Shown here: positions 52,481 through 64,000 of the stretch, one piece after another | How the letters are laid out: the number at the start of each line of letters is the position of its first letter | Numbering within the stretch: position 1 is the stretch's first letter | Assembly: GCA_023920165.1 (NCBI GenBank) | Contig: CP089276.1 | Span: 744,001 to 808,000 of the forward strand | DNA from: Curvularia clavata | Lineage: Eukaryota | Direction of reading: 5' to 3' | DNA length: 64,000 nt | The notes under the pieces: model-generated | What the model was told of the DNA's origin: nothing | The model's input: only the letters and a program-made list of their open reading frames with translations | Database searches by the model: none | Program-made: the position numbers and the translations under genes

Positions 52481-53910
52481 ATGTCGTCGTCAAATGAAGT
52501 GCAGGAAGCGAACGTGTATACTCATGATAACCCCATCCCTGAAGAGGGTAACAGCTCCGATCCATCGCTCGAAATTGATGTGCGTCCGCCCGACATGATA
52601 GTCTTGTGACAAGCTAGTCTAACACATAGCCGTGCCAGAGCGACGAGCGCGATTCTGCCTTTGGCGACAGCCAGTCTTCATACACAATGTCTGCGACATC
52701 TTCTGTTTTCAACTTCCGCTACGAAAACGGTAGGCGGTACCACAGTTACGCCGAGGGGAAATATCCTGTGCCGAATGACGAGGTTCGCTCACGCCGCTAT
52801 CGCTTCTCTGGATGAGCTGCTGACACCCAGTGTTAGACCGAGGCAGATAGGCTTGATCTTCAACATCACGCCTTTCGTCTCACACTCGATGGCAAGCTGT
52901 ACCGAGCGCCGATTCCTGAGAATGTGCAAAATGTCCTCGACGTAGGATGTGGAACAGGAATATGGTCCATCGAGTTCGCGGACGAGCATCCATCCGCTCG
53001 TGTTCTCGGCACTGATCTCAGTCCGATTCAGCCAGCACAGGTCCCGCCAAATTGTGAATTCCTGATCGATGATTGCGAGCAAGACTGGATCTTCCGCGAC
53101 CCATTTGACTACGTCCACACGCGCGCTATGGTCGCAGCCATTAAGAATTGGGATCGTTTCTTTCAGCAAGCTTACACGAACCTCAAACCGGGCGGCTACC
53201 TGGAGTGTCAAGATCTCGCTTTTCCTATTCGATGCATGGATCCAGACGTAACTGCTGAAAACTCGCCGCTTATGCGTTGGTCAGAGTTGTTCCTTGAGGC
53301 TGCGAAACAAATTGGCCTCGACGGTACCGGACCTCGTCATTTCGCGCCACAGCTGCGCAGTGCGGGCTTCACTGATATCAACCTCAAAATGTACAAGTGG
53401 CCAGTAGGCAAGTGGGCAAAGGGTGCAAAGTTCAAGCTACTTGGCCGCTTTGTATACGAGGACCTCATGGATTGGCTACCCAGCAGTTCTCTTGGACTAT
53501 TCACCCGCATACTCAAGTGGACTAGAGAGGAGGTGGAGGTTTTCTTGTCTGAATGCAGGGCTGAGGCTAGAAGAAAGGATCGGCATTATTACGCTGATGT
53601 GTAAGTCAATTTTGAAGTTGGTATGGAGTTTTGCTAATTCTTCAGTTTTTTCTGGCATGCACGCAAACCCGAGGATGCAAGCCATTCCAGCCACGCACGC
53701 GATATAGTGCGCGAAGAAGAGCCTATCGACCGCGATGAAGGAGACCATGAGGATCAGGCAGAAGAGCCCTCGGGTGTAGGTAAATCTGTGTCAGTGGACA
53801 AGCCAGGTGAAGAAAAAACCGGCGAGAGCTCTGCTACACCCAATACCTCAGGCTCATCGTCTTCTGAGCCCCAGAAGCCAGCGCTGAAACCCGAAACTAA
53901 CGAATCATGA
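52481..53910 (+). CDS. SAM-dependent methyltransferase, LaeA-like/Methyltransf_23 (about 4 exons) with an acidic C-terminal tail
   Basis: YENGRRYH...PNDE|TEADRLDLQH, VLDVGCGTGIW, GTDLSPIQP, FDYVHTR, LKPGGYLE, KWPVGKW, and W..RKP after the last intron. Confidence 0.9.
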
Positions 53911-54054
53911 AATTATGATATGAAAGTATGTAGCTGTATTTGACAAATCGCTTTGGTTCTTGAACACTATATAAACAACGGATCAAGACAATAGTATACA
54001 ATACAGAATCTCTCGTGACATCTTAACCCGCAGACCCACAACTCGATAATCTTT

Positions 54055-55002
54055 CTAACCCCTCTTCCAACTCAGCTCCACCTCCACCAAACCAATCCCG
54101 TCCCCTTTCCTTCCCAGAAACCTCTCCACATATGGTTCCTCCGGCCCTCTAGCCCTCCACTTCCCATCCTTCCAGCACATCCTCTCCATCCACCCTGTCG
54201 GCTTGCCCCCATACTCTCCAAACGGCTTCTCGTGCGGAAAAAGCCTGGCCCAAGCGGCTTTTGGGCCTTCAGTGTCGTCTGGGAGTAAGGGAGAGGGCAG
54301 AGGAATCGGGTCCCAACGTTCTTCTTTCTCGTTTCCGATGTATACAATGGGAAGTTGAGGGGGTGATGTCGAGGGCGATGAGAGAGGACGGCGGGACCGG
54401 AGGTTGTGTTTCATTATCTTTGGTATGGCTGTCGTCGTGTGCTTAGCTGTAGCTATACCTGTGGCGTTGGTCGTGATTGTGGATGTCTTTGCGATTTTTG
54501 TTGTTGTCGTTGTCGTCGTGGTGGAGTTGGGGCGAAGGGGACGTAAAGAAGGGCGCCTTTCTTCTCGGTCGCGCCTTGGGCGAAGACGTCTATGCATTTG
54601 AGGGTGAGGCGTGGGAGGTCGACGCGCTGATGATGCGCGGCTTGCACTCGCCTCTTGCTCCGCTGGCTGAGTGCGCTGGCGCTTTGGAGCGGGATCGACG
54701 CTCAGGATTATATTGTTCGTGAAGTTGATCTTGAGAATAATTTTGTGTGATATTGGCGCTTCTTCTTCTCCTGGTTCTTCTGTTGTCTCCTCACCCTCGT
54801 TCGTGCTGTCGTTCCTTTTCTGCTTGGGCGCGTTGTTGTCTGGCTCTTCGTGCGCCTCGATGGTGCTTTCTCTTGACGGCACTTCACGGCTCGCGAATGC
54901 GCTTGCGTACGCCCTCATTCTTACATTGAATATCTCATCCATGGCTGAAACGGAGGGAATTGCGGTAGAAGACATAGCTGGTGATGGTTGTTGTCCAGAC
55001 AT
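54055..55002 (-). CDS. Hypothetical low-complexity protein
   Basis: 315-codon ORF with ATG. Mostly disordered, with a Trp-rich C-terminal segment. No domain recognised. Confidence 0.6.
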   Translation of the reverse strand: MSGQQPSPAMSSTAIPSVSAMDEIFNVRMRAYASAFASREVPSRESTIEAHEEPDNNAPKQKRNDSTNEGEETTEEPGEEEAPISHKIILKINFTNNIILSVDPAPKRQRTQPAEQEASASRASSARRPPTPHPQMHRRLRPRRDREERRPSLRPLRPNSTTTTTTTTKIAKTSTITTNATGIATAKHTTTAIPKIMKHNLRSRRPLSSPSTSPPQLPIVYIGNEKEERWDPIPLPSPLLPDDTEGPKAAWARLFPHEKPFGEYGGKPTGWMERMCWKDGKWRARGPEEPYVERFLGRKGDGIGLVEVELSWKRG

Positions 55003-55566
55003 GGCTGTTGGTGTATATGAAGGCCGTTTGCAGTCAGATTTGATTAGATACCAAGTGAAAGGTGAAGGCGGTGATACTATTTAGCTTTATCTTTCCTAGT
55101 GCTTGATATATCTATACCTCCCATGGCTTGAGACTAAATCAAGAGCAATGCAGAAAATGACAAGTTCGAACCGTGGTTGAGTGCATAATGTAAAGAGAGA
55201 ACCGTAGCCCCAAGGCAGTCATAGCCTGCCAACCATGGGTACCTGTTTAGCCCCATAAAAACTTCAAAGTACGGTGAAGATGGTGATTTTGATTTGGAGC
55301 CAATCAAGTATTGTTTGCATATCTCGAAAAACGCGCAAACCTACCGAGCTAAGGCCTCGAACTTGATTCGACTGATCGATTGCGAGGTCTCTTAGCTGCC
55401 CATGACAACTACCATGTTTTGAAATGATCGACATAAAATTAACCATACTACATAAACGATATTTACCCTATGTGAAAACCTATAAAAGACCATACTACAC
55501 GTTACAACCTATCATACCCGCGCGATAACTTCATAGAGCACTCAGATCCTCCACTGCCTCGAGGTC

Positions 55567-58500
55567 TCACTCTCGATCAAGTCCCAGTATTCTCTTATGC
55601 TCATCTGCCTCTTGGTCCTGAAACTGAGAAATCAAGTCAATCGTGCTGCGCCTCACGCTGCCCAAACTCTTCACTTCCGCCGCACAATCATCTGCACCTC
55701 GCAGAGTGCACTTATTCGCTTGGCTGGTATGACTCACTCCACTGGTGTTTAGAGAATGACCTCTGAGATGACCAAGCATCATGGAAGATTGTCTAGATAC
55801 CTGCTTGTTGTTCATAGACACACCAGTGATAGTGTTGAAGTCTTCGGAGGAGATGTTTCCATCGGTGCTCAAGCGAGGGTACGTATCAACGCAGTTCTTG
55901 TAGTAAACCGACCAGATACGAGCACTATCAGATGTGTGCTCAGAATCAGCTGCACCATCATGGAGCGAGAACTCGGCGAGATTAGGAGCAGAGGAGTTTC
56001 GGCGTCGACGAGGTGTTGCCATCGAATCAGCCGGAATTGATCTGCCCTTGCCCTTTGCAGCAGTCCTGGGAGCATGATCTTGTGTAGAAGACTTGCCACG
56101 ATCATCCGATACACTAGTGCTTTCGTTTTCTGGGAATTCACCTGCCCACACTTCGGGCAATAACTCAAGTTCAGGATGTTCAAGAATACCACCAGACGCA
56201 ATTGAGCTGCGATGTCCTCGCCCATGCCTTCTGAACTCTGTACTCTGACTCTTGAACATTTTGCCATAGTTCCTCATCAGTGCTCTACCAAGAGTCATCG
56301 AGCTACTCCTCACGATATGTCCGCGACCGATCCTCTTCTTTTTCTTCTTTTCGCCGGGCAGCAGCGGCGTAGAGGGTCTACGTTGTGTTGGACCAATCAT
56401 GTCCTCGTCATCCTTTGAAGATGCGAAATCGATAGCTGCTTCGAGTGCGAAGTCACGGGGCTGCACACTGTCTGCTTTGCCTGCAGATCCCACACGGTCA
56501 GGACGCGTATGTGAAGGATAGCGGCCCCATGCACCAACAACCTCCTTGCCGTCTCCTTGTCTCTCATAAGAATTGGCGAGGTCCTGTCCTGATTCCGACT
56601 CATCGCTAATTGTTAGAGCCCTCCGGCGAAGCATTACAATCGGCGGCTCTTCGCAACGCTCATCATCCGTGGCATGACTTGGTGCTGTAGACAGACGTCT
56701 GCTTGACCCCTCAAGCCTTGTGGCAAGGTCTGGATCATCAACGCTGACTCTCTTGGTGGAAACGCTCCCGCTACGTTCCCTGAAAGGGCTGGCATGCACA
56801 GCAAGATCCTTGTTCTTGGGCAGGAAGAGAGATGCTTTCTCTTCTTGGTGAGCTTGTAATGCACGATCCCATACTTGGTTCGCACCCTTGTTTCTTCCAA
56901 GCGCTTGCTGTTCTGTTCGTAGACTCATCAGTGATTGAGACTGTCGTCGTTGTCGATTTGCAGGGACATACAATGCATCGGAAGGGCCGTCCACACTGGC
57001 GATGGGTGGTTCAGATCTCAAACTTATGTCGCTTTGGCTCCGCAAGCCAAGCCGCTTTGGATTCAAGAATTTGATGATGGAGGGTGGCTGTGTCAGCTTC
57101 TTTTTGGGAGCAGGTGGGCTAAATTCCTCTCGAAATTTGGAAACCTTGGTATCCGCAACACTGTTCTTACATGCCAAAGGTGTCATTGGTGTTGCGTGTG
57201 GCAGAGCTTTTCCTAAATATCTGCTTAAAGTACCAAGAAGGGCTAGTTCATGATCTTCTGATGGTTTTGCGATCTCTCCATTATCAGTTGGAAAAGTTGC
57301 TGACCGTATCAGCTTCTGCGTGTTGGAGGACGAGACCCGGGAGCGCTGGATTTCAGCATCGTCACTGAGCAGGGCTCCCACTGACCCGCGACGGCTACCA
57401 AGTACGCTCTGTGGTTTATTTGAATAGACAGACGATGCAGAATCGGGCCAGACGATCGAATCACTAGGCAATACCTTTCCCCATCGAGCGGGGACCTTGC
57501 TGCTTGAAAATCCGGAGCTTGATGTCTGCCGGTCGTAACGAGAGCGCTGCTGATTTTCTCTCGATGTCTGGCTTGAGCCAGTAGTGCTATGCTCACCAAA
57601 TGCATGAGATGGGCCAGATATCTCTGGACCGCTCGCCTGCTTGTCCCACGAAAGTAATGATTCTGAGCGAAGATGGTGCGATATGCGCATATTTTGGAGA
57701 TGAACCGAATGGCGTGAGTCGTCATCATATTCCTTATTTCGCGAGCTTTCAAGATGAACTACTGTTGCCGAAGGCGAAATCTCGTTGGGCAGGTCTTGAC
57801 TAGTTGTGGACGCCCGGGAGGTGGCGCTCAAGGTAGGTTCCTGAACGCGGATCTCTACAGAGCAAGTCACAGAAGCCGTGGCAGTATCTGACGCTGCTCC
57901 AGCAACTGCAAAAGGATTGCTGTTCTCTTGGTAATGATGCCTGTCATCGCACTCTGAGTAATTGTTGCCATTCAGGTCAGTCTGCGACGTTTGAGCACTG
58001 ATGTGACAAGGAGGTACAGGAAAGTGTGACAGGTGAAGGCCTTCATTTACAGCCTCTGACCAGGCTTCGTTAGTCGTGTTGTTGTCGACAAGGCTTGGTA
58101 TCTGTAGAGGGGACAGTGCCAAAGGTTTCGGCAGGCCCATGGACTCTGTCGAATGCGAGCGTCTCAACTTGCGTCCTCTTTGAACGGAGGTGTGTGGTCG
58201 TAGGTTGGGAGTGCTGGAAATGGAGCTGAAATTTTTTGAAAGCGAGGCCATTGGCGTCTTATATATATCGTACGGACGAATGCCGCGTTCGGGATTGACG
58301 CTGGTGTGGCCATGAAACGACTCTGGCGTGTTTTTACTGAGATAGTGAGTATCGAGAAAAAGGCATAGTGAGGTGAGCCAAATTACCTGCCAGGTGTCGT
58401 AACCCAGTCGACGCTGTGAATGCTGGGTCTCTTGCCGGGTGACTTCCTGTCAATGTTTCTGGCGGTGTTGTTCAACACTTGAGCATCTGAGTCGTTGCCT

Positions 58501-59006
58501 CTTTGATTTGGCTTTTTGTTAGCGAGCAAATTGTTCCTTAAGGCTTCTTTGGTAATCTGGATTTGATGCTTGGACGCCCTCTTCTGCTGCCTGATCACAG
58601 TGTTGGGTGGGGTTCTGGGGCTGTTGTCTCTTGATGGAGTGTGTTGGACCGGGCTAGACGATTTCTTCTTGTAGATATCTTTTGATAACTTCTTCTTGAT
58701 GATGAAACGCATGCTTTTCACCTTGTGTAGCGAGTGTATACTGTGCATTGAAGGGCGACTGAAGCGTGTACGAACTGGTCGCGTAGGCGTAGAGTGGTTG
58801 CCATCCAAGTGGCGGCCATTATGGGATATATCTCTGAGCTCACAGGTATCTCTAGAACGGTCGTTCTTGAAGTGCGAGTTCGACGGATTGGTTTCTGCGG
58901 GTACGAGAGGTTGCTTTGTGGGCACCGCTCGGCTGAGACGGACGTTGAGCATCTCAGGTGAGCATGCCCGCTCATCTTCCGTGATGCAACACAGCTTGGA
59001 AGCCAT
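55567..59006 (-). CDS. Large Ser-rich disordered hypothetical protein (intron 58386-58337)
   Basis: The 207-aa and 894-aa ORFs join in frame through a GTAATT...CAG intron. Short motif-like islands: SVHLQNMRIS, WGRYPSHTR, LEHPELELLP. Confidence 0.8.
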
Positions 59007-59306
59007 ATTTCGGTGCTGAGTGAGTGGTCAGATAGACTAAGCGAGTAGATTCTCTGGTTTTTCGGTGAGTAGTGACTTCTTGCACGTGGAACGCTTGCCA
59101 ATTTCTGGTAAGAGGATTGAGGGCAGCAGCGCTATAGAGAAAACGGCATGTGGATTCCAGGCAGCAAGTAAGTCCCGAACGAATTCAGTAGAAGGAAACC
59201 AGTATGAGAACTAGATTGATGTTCATTTGAGCCTATGGGGAATGTTTGATGACAGTCGTGAGTGCCATTTTTCAGGGGTCATACACATATTCTGGCAAGA
59301 CACTAC

Positions 59307-60236
59307 TCAGCCCATCATCTTCTTACCACTCGCGTCCTCACTGTAAAGTTCCTGATCTTTTATCCAAGTCGCTACGCCTTCAGTACACAGCTCCGACACA
59401 ACGTCCCATCTACCTTCTTTAGCCGCATTCCTCACTCGCGTCGAGCTTATCCCAACACCCTCTTCTGCTTGCACCATTTCTATGTTATCGCCCCACGCAG
59501 GCTGGAAGCCAGCTGCTTCTTGCTTTCCGTTCTTTAGGTCCTGCAGGTACTTGGCCTGCTCCTCTGTGGTGCCAAACTCGCGGGACGACTCGTCGCTCGC
59601 ATCGGTTGGTCGTTGCGTGACGCGCAGCTTGTGGCCTGCATCGAAGAAAGGCTTGAGAGCTGAAAGCGGCGGATCATGCTTAGGATAGTATTTGGGGTTG
59701 CAGAAGCGGATCAGTGTGTCATAGCCGACTAGATGGATGTGTCTCGGGTTCGAAGCATAGAAAGGAGGTGTAGCTTGGGCAATGGCTGCTGACTTGTCAC
59801 TGTAGTACGGCTCCTTGGTCAGGCCAATATCTATCGAGATGTTGGAAATATCAGCATTCGAAGACAGTCTTCCGCTCTTGAGATTCTGTGACAGGTCTTC
59901 TGCAAATATTGTCATCAGGGCGATACGCTGCACGAAGCTTGCGGGGCTCGGCGCCTTGTCTGCATTGTGCGTGCTAAACAGAAGCAGCAGTCTATATGGG
60001 CTCTCCTCTAGCTGATTGGATTGCTTCAGAGCAGACGATGCAAGTGTGAAGTGGGCAAATGACGGCGGGTTGAAGGAAGAATCGAGGATGTAGAGCGTCT
60101 TGGGCTGGGTCGGCGTGTCGTTCACTGTGCGCACAACACGAAACTTGGCGGGCGACGAAGTGAATGATTGGAGCGCTGATTCGAGGTCAGGAAGTAGTGA
60201 CCTAAGCGAAGCTATGCGCGAAGCCATGTCAGCCAT
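59307..60236 (-). CDS. POF1: POF1-like nucleotidyltransferase (NMN adenylyltransferase / cytidylyltransferase superfamily)
   Basis: ILDSSFNPPSFAH, LLLFSTHNADK, LVGYDTLIRFCNPKYY, ISSTRVR. Confidence 0.82.
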   Translation of the reverse strand: MADMASRIASLRSLLPDLESALQSFTSSPAKFRVVRTVNDTPTQPKTLYILDSSFNPPSFAHFTLASSALKQSNQLEESPYRLLLLFSTHNADKAPSPASFVQRIALMTIFAEDLSQNLKSGRLSSNADISNISIDIGLTKEPYYSDKSAAIAQATPPFYASNPRHIHLVGYDTLIRFCNPKYYPKHDPPLSALKPFFDAGHKLRVTQRPTDASDESSREFGTTEEQAKYLQDLKNGKQEAAGFQPAWGDNIEMVQAEEGVGISSTRVRNAAKEGRWDVVSELCTEGVATWIKDQELYSEDASGKKMMG

Positions 60237-60812
60237 TGCTGTTGTTGCGAAGCTTGGGTGTGGAGGGGTGAGCTTCTGGTTCGTGGAACGTCATAGGTAC
60301 GGGTGACTGTCTCTACCGGTTTGGCAGGATGGGTCAACTCCAACTCCTTTATCCACTCACATCCGAAGTACCATCTCCAAAATCCGTAAAAAAGGTTACG
60401 TATCACCGTATGCCCGCTAACATTATGGATCTATAAAGACCAGTAGAAACCGTAATAGAATCGTTACATAAACATTTATTCGTATCTCTCTACACATTCC
60501 GCGCATCACGCATATCTCTTCCCCAGTAGTGCTCCCATCCCAACCCTAAAAGGCTAATTGCATACGAAGACATTGAACACATTGCGCAACGCAACGACAA
60601 CACAGCCCCAATCAATCCCTAGCTCCTTCTCCTATGACTGACACGCGTTCGTTACAATAATATAAAAGCCACTCTGAGAACGTACAATAGAAGCGAGTGC
60701 GTAATCCCCATTCCAATAACGCCCATCATGTCCAAAATTCAAAAAACACATCAACAAGTGTATGGGTGTACGTTCAAAAGAAGTAGATAAGCACAGCCAC
60801 AATCATAGCAAC

Positions 60813-63800
60813 CTAATCTTCACCCCTTTCCCCACCACCCACAGGCCTCAACCCCAGCCCCTTCGCCGCACTCCTCACGCTCTGCTGTCTCCCCAAGTCC
60901 GCGCCACTCTTCTTATTTCTTACCTTGACCGACTTAATCGAATTCGAAGGCGAGGGTCTCGGCGACGTTCTAGGAGAGAGCCTCAAACTACTCTTGCTAC
61001 CATTCATCTGCTCAAAGCGGCCGGCGATATCTTTAACGCGGCTGGGTGAAGATGACGATGGCTCAGGAGCACGTTTCTCGGCGTCCTGAGGCAGAGAGAG
61101 GACGCTGCTGCCGTCAATGTCGGCGTTTACAACACGGAGTTTGGATTTGGGGACGGTAAACATGACTTGGACTACGCGGCGCTCGACGGCGGCTTCGACG
61201 TCCCAGTCGGCTTCGCTGGCGGGAGTGATGGGCCGGCCGTCGTTGAGGGAGACGCCAAGTTGGTCGGGTAAGATGGGGGATAGAGGTGTGGGTAAGCGAT
61301 CGTCAGTGTCGATGTTGACGAGCAAGTTGCCTCGTTCTCTCCATTCTTGGCGCTGACGCTCGCGTTCGGCCATGGCGATATCTTCGGGTGCGCCCCAGTC
61401 GTCTCCAGGGGCACGGCGCCAAGTGGGATCTTCTTCGTCGTCAAGCCAGTCTTTCTTGCCTCTTCGGTTGCGCCAGAAGCTTGCATCTGAAGCTGCGCGT
61501 TTGGGCGGTGCAGAGGCTGCAGGAAACGACTTTCGGGTGTCTGCTTGACGTGGCTCAACAGGTGAGATTGGATCATCTGTATAGGGTTCATGGTAGGTTG
61601 GAGTAACCATTGACCTAGTACGTTCAGCACCCGAGGCTGATCTTGTCAACACCCTGCGGACGCTGCCTAGCCAACTCATCCTTCGCACTCTGGGCGCTGA
61701 TGGAGAAGCACTTGCCATGTCCAAAACAACTGATGTAGCTGGAGTCCCTGTGGCTGTGGCTGCTCGGCTGCGGTCTGTATCATGACCGGTATCTGATTTA
61801 GAAGAACCGGTACCTGGTCTGGCTCGCTCTGGGTTGCCACCAAGAAGTGCCTCGCCCTCAGCTTGCAGATGTGCGAATGACGAATGAGCAGTCCTAAAAG
61901 AATCCATATCTGGTTGGCCATTGCTTTGTTCGCTATTGAAGGAGTTTGTCCGAGGTTCGTCAGGAGAATGTCGGCCGAGCTCTCCTCTTCTTTTGGGTTT
62001 CTCGTGAGTCGGGCTCGCGTTGGTCGGTGACAAGGAAGCGCCAACCACATTGCTCGGTTTCCCGGGACGAGCCAATACATAGCCAAGAGTCCCATCGTTT
62101 GAAGAAGTCCAAGACATAACGCTCATATCACTCAGATTGGAATTCGTGCGCTCTGAGCTAGATTTTTCTGGTGATATTCTGCCTGCCGAGTTGAATTGAA
62201 GTCGTCCGAGGGAATGACCCCTAATGTGGCCAGGTGCCTCCAGTGTATGCGATGCGGATGTGGCGAGTGGAGTGTCTTCTTGCCAGTTACCTAGCCTTTG
62301 TGTGTCCACAGATAGCTCCGGGATTCGCGAATGCTCGCGTACCGCAGCGCTTACCTTTCGTTGCAGTTCAGCCATGCCAGAGGGTCCTGAAATAGGCGAG
62401 TGATTGTGAGCTTCCTCTTGGTCGGGTTCCTCCTCAAGTTCGTCAATGGGATGGATTCCGCTCGGACCCCGGGGCGGGCCAACGGCATACACAGGCCTGC
62501 CACCTAAACTACGACGTAGTCCACGTGTCGGGCTTGGAATCTCAACGAGCAATCCAGTCCGTTCAACATCTCCACCGCTTGTTGCCTTCCATCCTTGGCC
62601 GCCTTGTGCACCAGATGGGAAGTAGTAAGAGCCGTTCTGATCGAGATAGTCAGATGTATCCGGTCGAATGCCTTGGCGGTCAGATACCGGTGCGTAATCT
62701 TCAATGTTGTACCGGTGAGTAGTAAATGACAGGTCCTCGAGTTGTTTCTCGCGAATCTGTCTTCTCTTCTGTGACCGCTTTCTGTAGCACATACAAAGAG
62801 CGATCAAACCGCCCACAGCCAGAAGACCAATACCTATGCCAACGCCTAATCCTGCTTTCTGTCCGGTTGTTGACAAGAACCCATTCTCCCCAGATGCAGT
62901 CGCATTCATAGGGGGAGTGTAATCAGCGATCCAAGTGTTGGATGTGGTGTTGAGAAAGTAAGTTTGAGGATTGAAAGTGGATGAGTCTCTTCGTCGTGAA
63001 CCAGAAGGTGGAATGGAGTATCCTCCGGTAATCATCAGTACACCTCCTGGCAACATGGCAGCACCATGGCCATATAGGCCCGAGCCGGTCGGCAGTCCAG
63101 CGCCGGTGGTAGACGGTATTGTCCACTCCCAATCTCCGTTGCCGCCATAGCCGTCAGCAAGGTTAAGCACAATATGTTGTGGTTCAGCGGGTGTGTCGAT
63201 GTCGCCAACCCAACCACCGATGACGATGATGCTTTGCCCATCCGCACTGAGCACAGCCGTGTGACCAGATCGAGGCTCGACCTCAGTGCTATCGGGCTGG
63301 TGTACAGGAATAAACGTCCAGCCTTGCTCTGGAAGGGAAAAGAGAGCAATCTGTGACATGTTGATGAAGGCAGCACTGGTATGACCACCAATGAGTAGGA
63401 AGTTCTGTTGCTGAATCTGGGTGCCATCTTTGCGATCAGAGTATGTCGGTGACAGACCGGTGATTGTGAAGCCAGCTTCTGGAACAGGCGGTCCGCGACT
63501 TGACGATGTATCCAACTCGTAGTCGAGAGACTGTGTATTTGTGAAGGAAGGCTCAAGAGTAACAATTGAGTTGGAATAGTTTGCCGCAGACTGCCATGTA
63601 CTTGTGGTGTCGCTTGTATTAGGGCACATGCCACCGAATAAGTATGCACCCGTGCTTTCGACGTTTCCTGGTACGATCGACGAGAAGGTCATTCCACCGC
63701 TCAGATAGTTGGCGCCCATGGTATCCGCAGGGGAGCCATCCGCTACTGACACATTCTCCTGCCTCCAACTACCCCTTCCACTGCCATTTGATGTATCTGG

Positions 63801-64000
63801 GGCATAAGTCCACAGCTGTGCTCCACCCGCCCCGCGGGAACAATCCCCAGTGTATACGGTCAAGTTTCCGCCATGGTCAATAAGCGGTGTGAACGGTCGC
63901 AGAGTTGTATCGTCAAGAAAAGGTAGGGTGGAGTAGAGTGTGTTGTACGGAAGGTTCGAGGTTGAGAACGGGGCAGACAGATGGATGGTGCTGAGCTGGA
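60813..64000 (-). CDS. Kelch/galactose-oxidase-type beta-propeller single-pass membrane protein, 5' end outside the window
   Basis: Frame is open to the window edge. Kelch-like repeats (YLFGG, LLIGGH, RSGHTAV, VIGGW, GHGAAML..TGG), TM segment GLGVGIGIGLLAVGGLIALCMCY followed by RKR, then a long disordered tail. Confidence 0.85.
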   Translation of the reverse strand, partial: QLSTIHLSAPFSTSNLPYNTLYSTLPFLDDTTLRPFTPLIDHGGNLTVYTGDCSRGAGGAQLWTYAPDTSNGSGRGSWRQENVSVADGSPADTMGANYLSGGMTFSSIVPGNVESTGAYLFGGMCPNTSDTTSTWQSAANYSNSIVTLEPSFTNTQSLDYELDTSSSRGPPVPEAGFTITGLSPTYSDRKDGTQIQQQNFLLIGGHTSAAFINMSQIALFSLPEQGWTFIPVHQPDSTEVEPRSGHTAVLSADGQSIIVIGGWVGDIDTPAEPQHIVLNLADGYGGNGDWEWTIPSTTGAGLPTGSGLYGHGAAMLPGGVLMITGGYSIPPSGSRRRDSSTFNPQTYFLNTTSNTWIADYTPPMNATASGENGFLSTTGQKAGLGVGIGIGLLAVGGLIALCMCYRKRSQKRRQIREKQLEDLSFTTHRYNIEDYAPVSDRQGIRPDTSDYLDQNGSYYFPSGAQGGQGWKATSGGDVERTGLLVEIPSPTRGLRRSLGGRPVYAVGPPRGPSGIHPIDELEEEPDQEEAHNHSPISGPSGMAELQRKVSAAVREHSRIPELSVDTQRLGNWQEDTPLATSASHTLEAPGHIRGHSLGRLQFNSAGRISPEKSSSERTNSNLSDMSVMSWTSSNDGTLGYVLARPGKPSNVVGASLSPTNASPTHEKPKRRGELGRHSPDEPRTNSFNSEQSNGQPDMDSFRTAHSSFAHLQAEGEALLGGNPERARPGTGSSKSDTGHDTDRSRAATATGTPATSVVLDMASASPSAPRVRRMSWLGSVRRVLTRSASGAERTRSMVTPTYHEPYTDDPISPVEPRQADTRKSFPAASAPPKRAASDASFWRNRRGKKDWLDDEEDPTWRRAPGDDWGAPEDIAMAERERQRQEWRERGNLLVNIDTDDRLPTPLSPILPDQLGVSLNDGRPITPASEADWDVEAAVERRVVQVMFTVPKSKLRVVNADIDGSSVLSLPQDAEKRAPEPSSSSPSRVKDIAGRFEQMNGSKSSLRLSPRTSPRPSPSNSIKSVKVRNKKSGADLGRQQSVRSAAKGLGLRPVGGGERGED

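Noticed and set aside
44819..60236. HAD phosphatase and POF1-like gene as a nucleotide/NAD salvage cluster
   Set aside because: About 14 kb apart with unrelated genes between them, and no shared motif seen.

Overview
Eukaryotic, gene-dense DNA from a filamentous ascomycete. Short GT-AG introns with CTRAC/CTAAY branch sites and the gene content suggest a Dothideomycete-like fungus, which is inference. About 25 protein-coding genes are supportable, and I saw no rRNA, tRNA, CRISPR array or intact transposon. Housekeeping genes (BCS1-like ATPase, HEM2, NAA10/ARD1, ECT1, POF1-like) are mixed with secreted and accessory genes (pectin methylesterase, DUF1996, PTH11-like, P450, aquaporin, peroxygenase, WSC-glyoxal oxidase, LaeA-like methyltransferase). 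Main leads: (1) a backbone-less candidate cluster at 15-29.6 kb (dienelactone hydrolase, acyl-CoA ligase ending -AKL, BAHD acyltransferase, acyl-CoA oxidase ending -AKL, Zn2Cys6 factor), with TGACATCCG in three of its promoters; (2) an aquaporin whose first NPA motif is a 9-nt microexon; (3) a peroxygenase with a probable GC-AG intron close to an H2O2-generating glyoxal oxidase; (4) a strand-biased TGTCG array at 41.3-41.9 kb; (5) a recurring C-rich then G-rich composition switch at gene 3' ends. All coordinates and exon models were read by eye; no searches were run.
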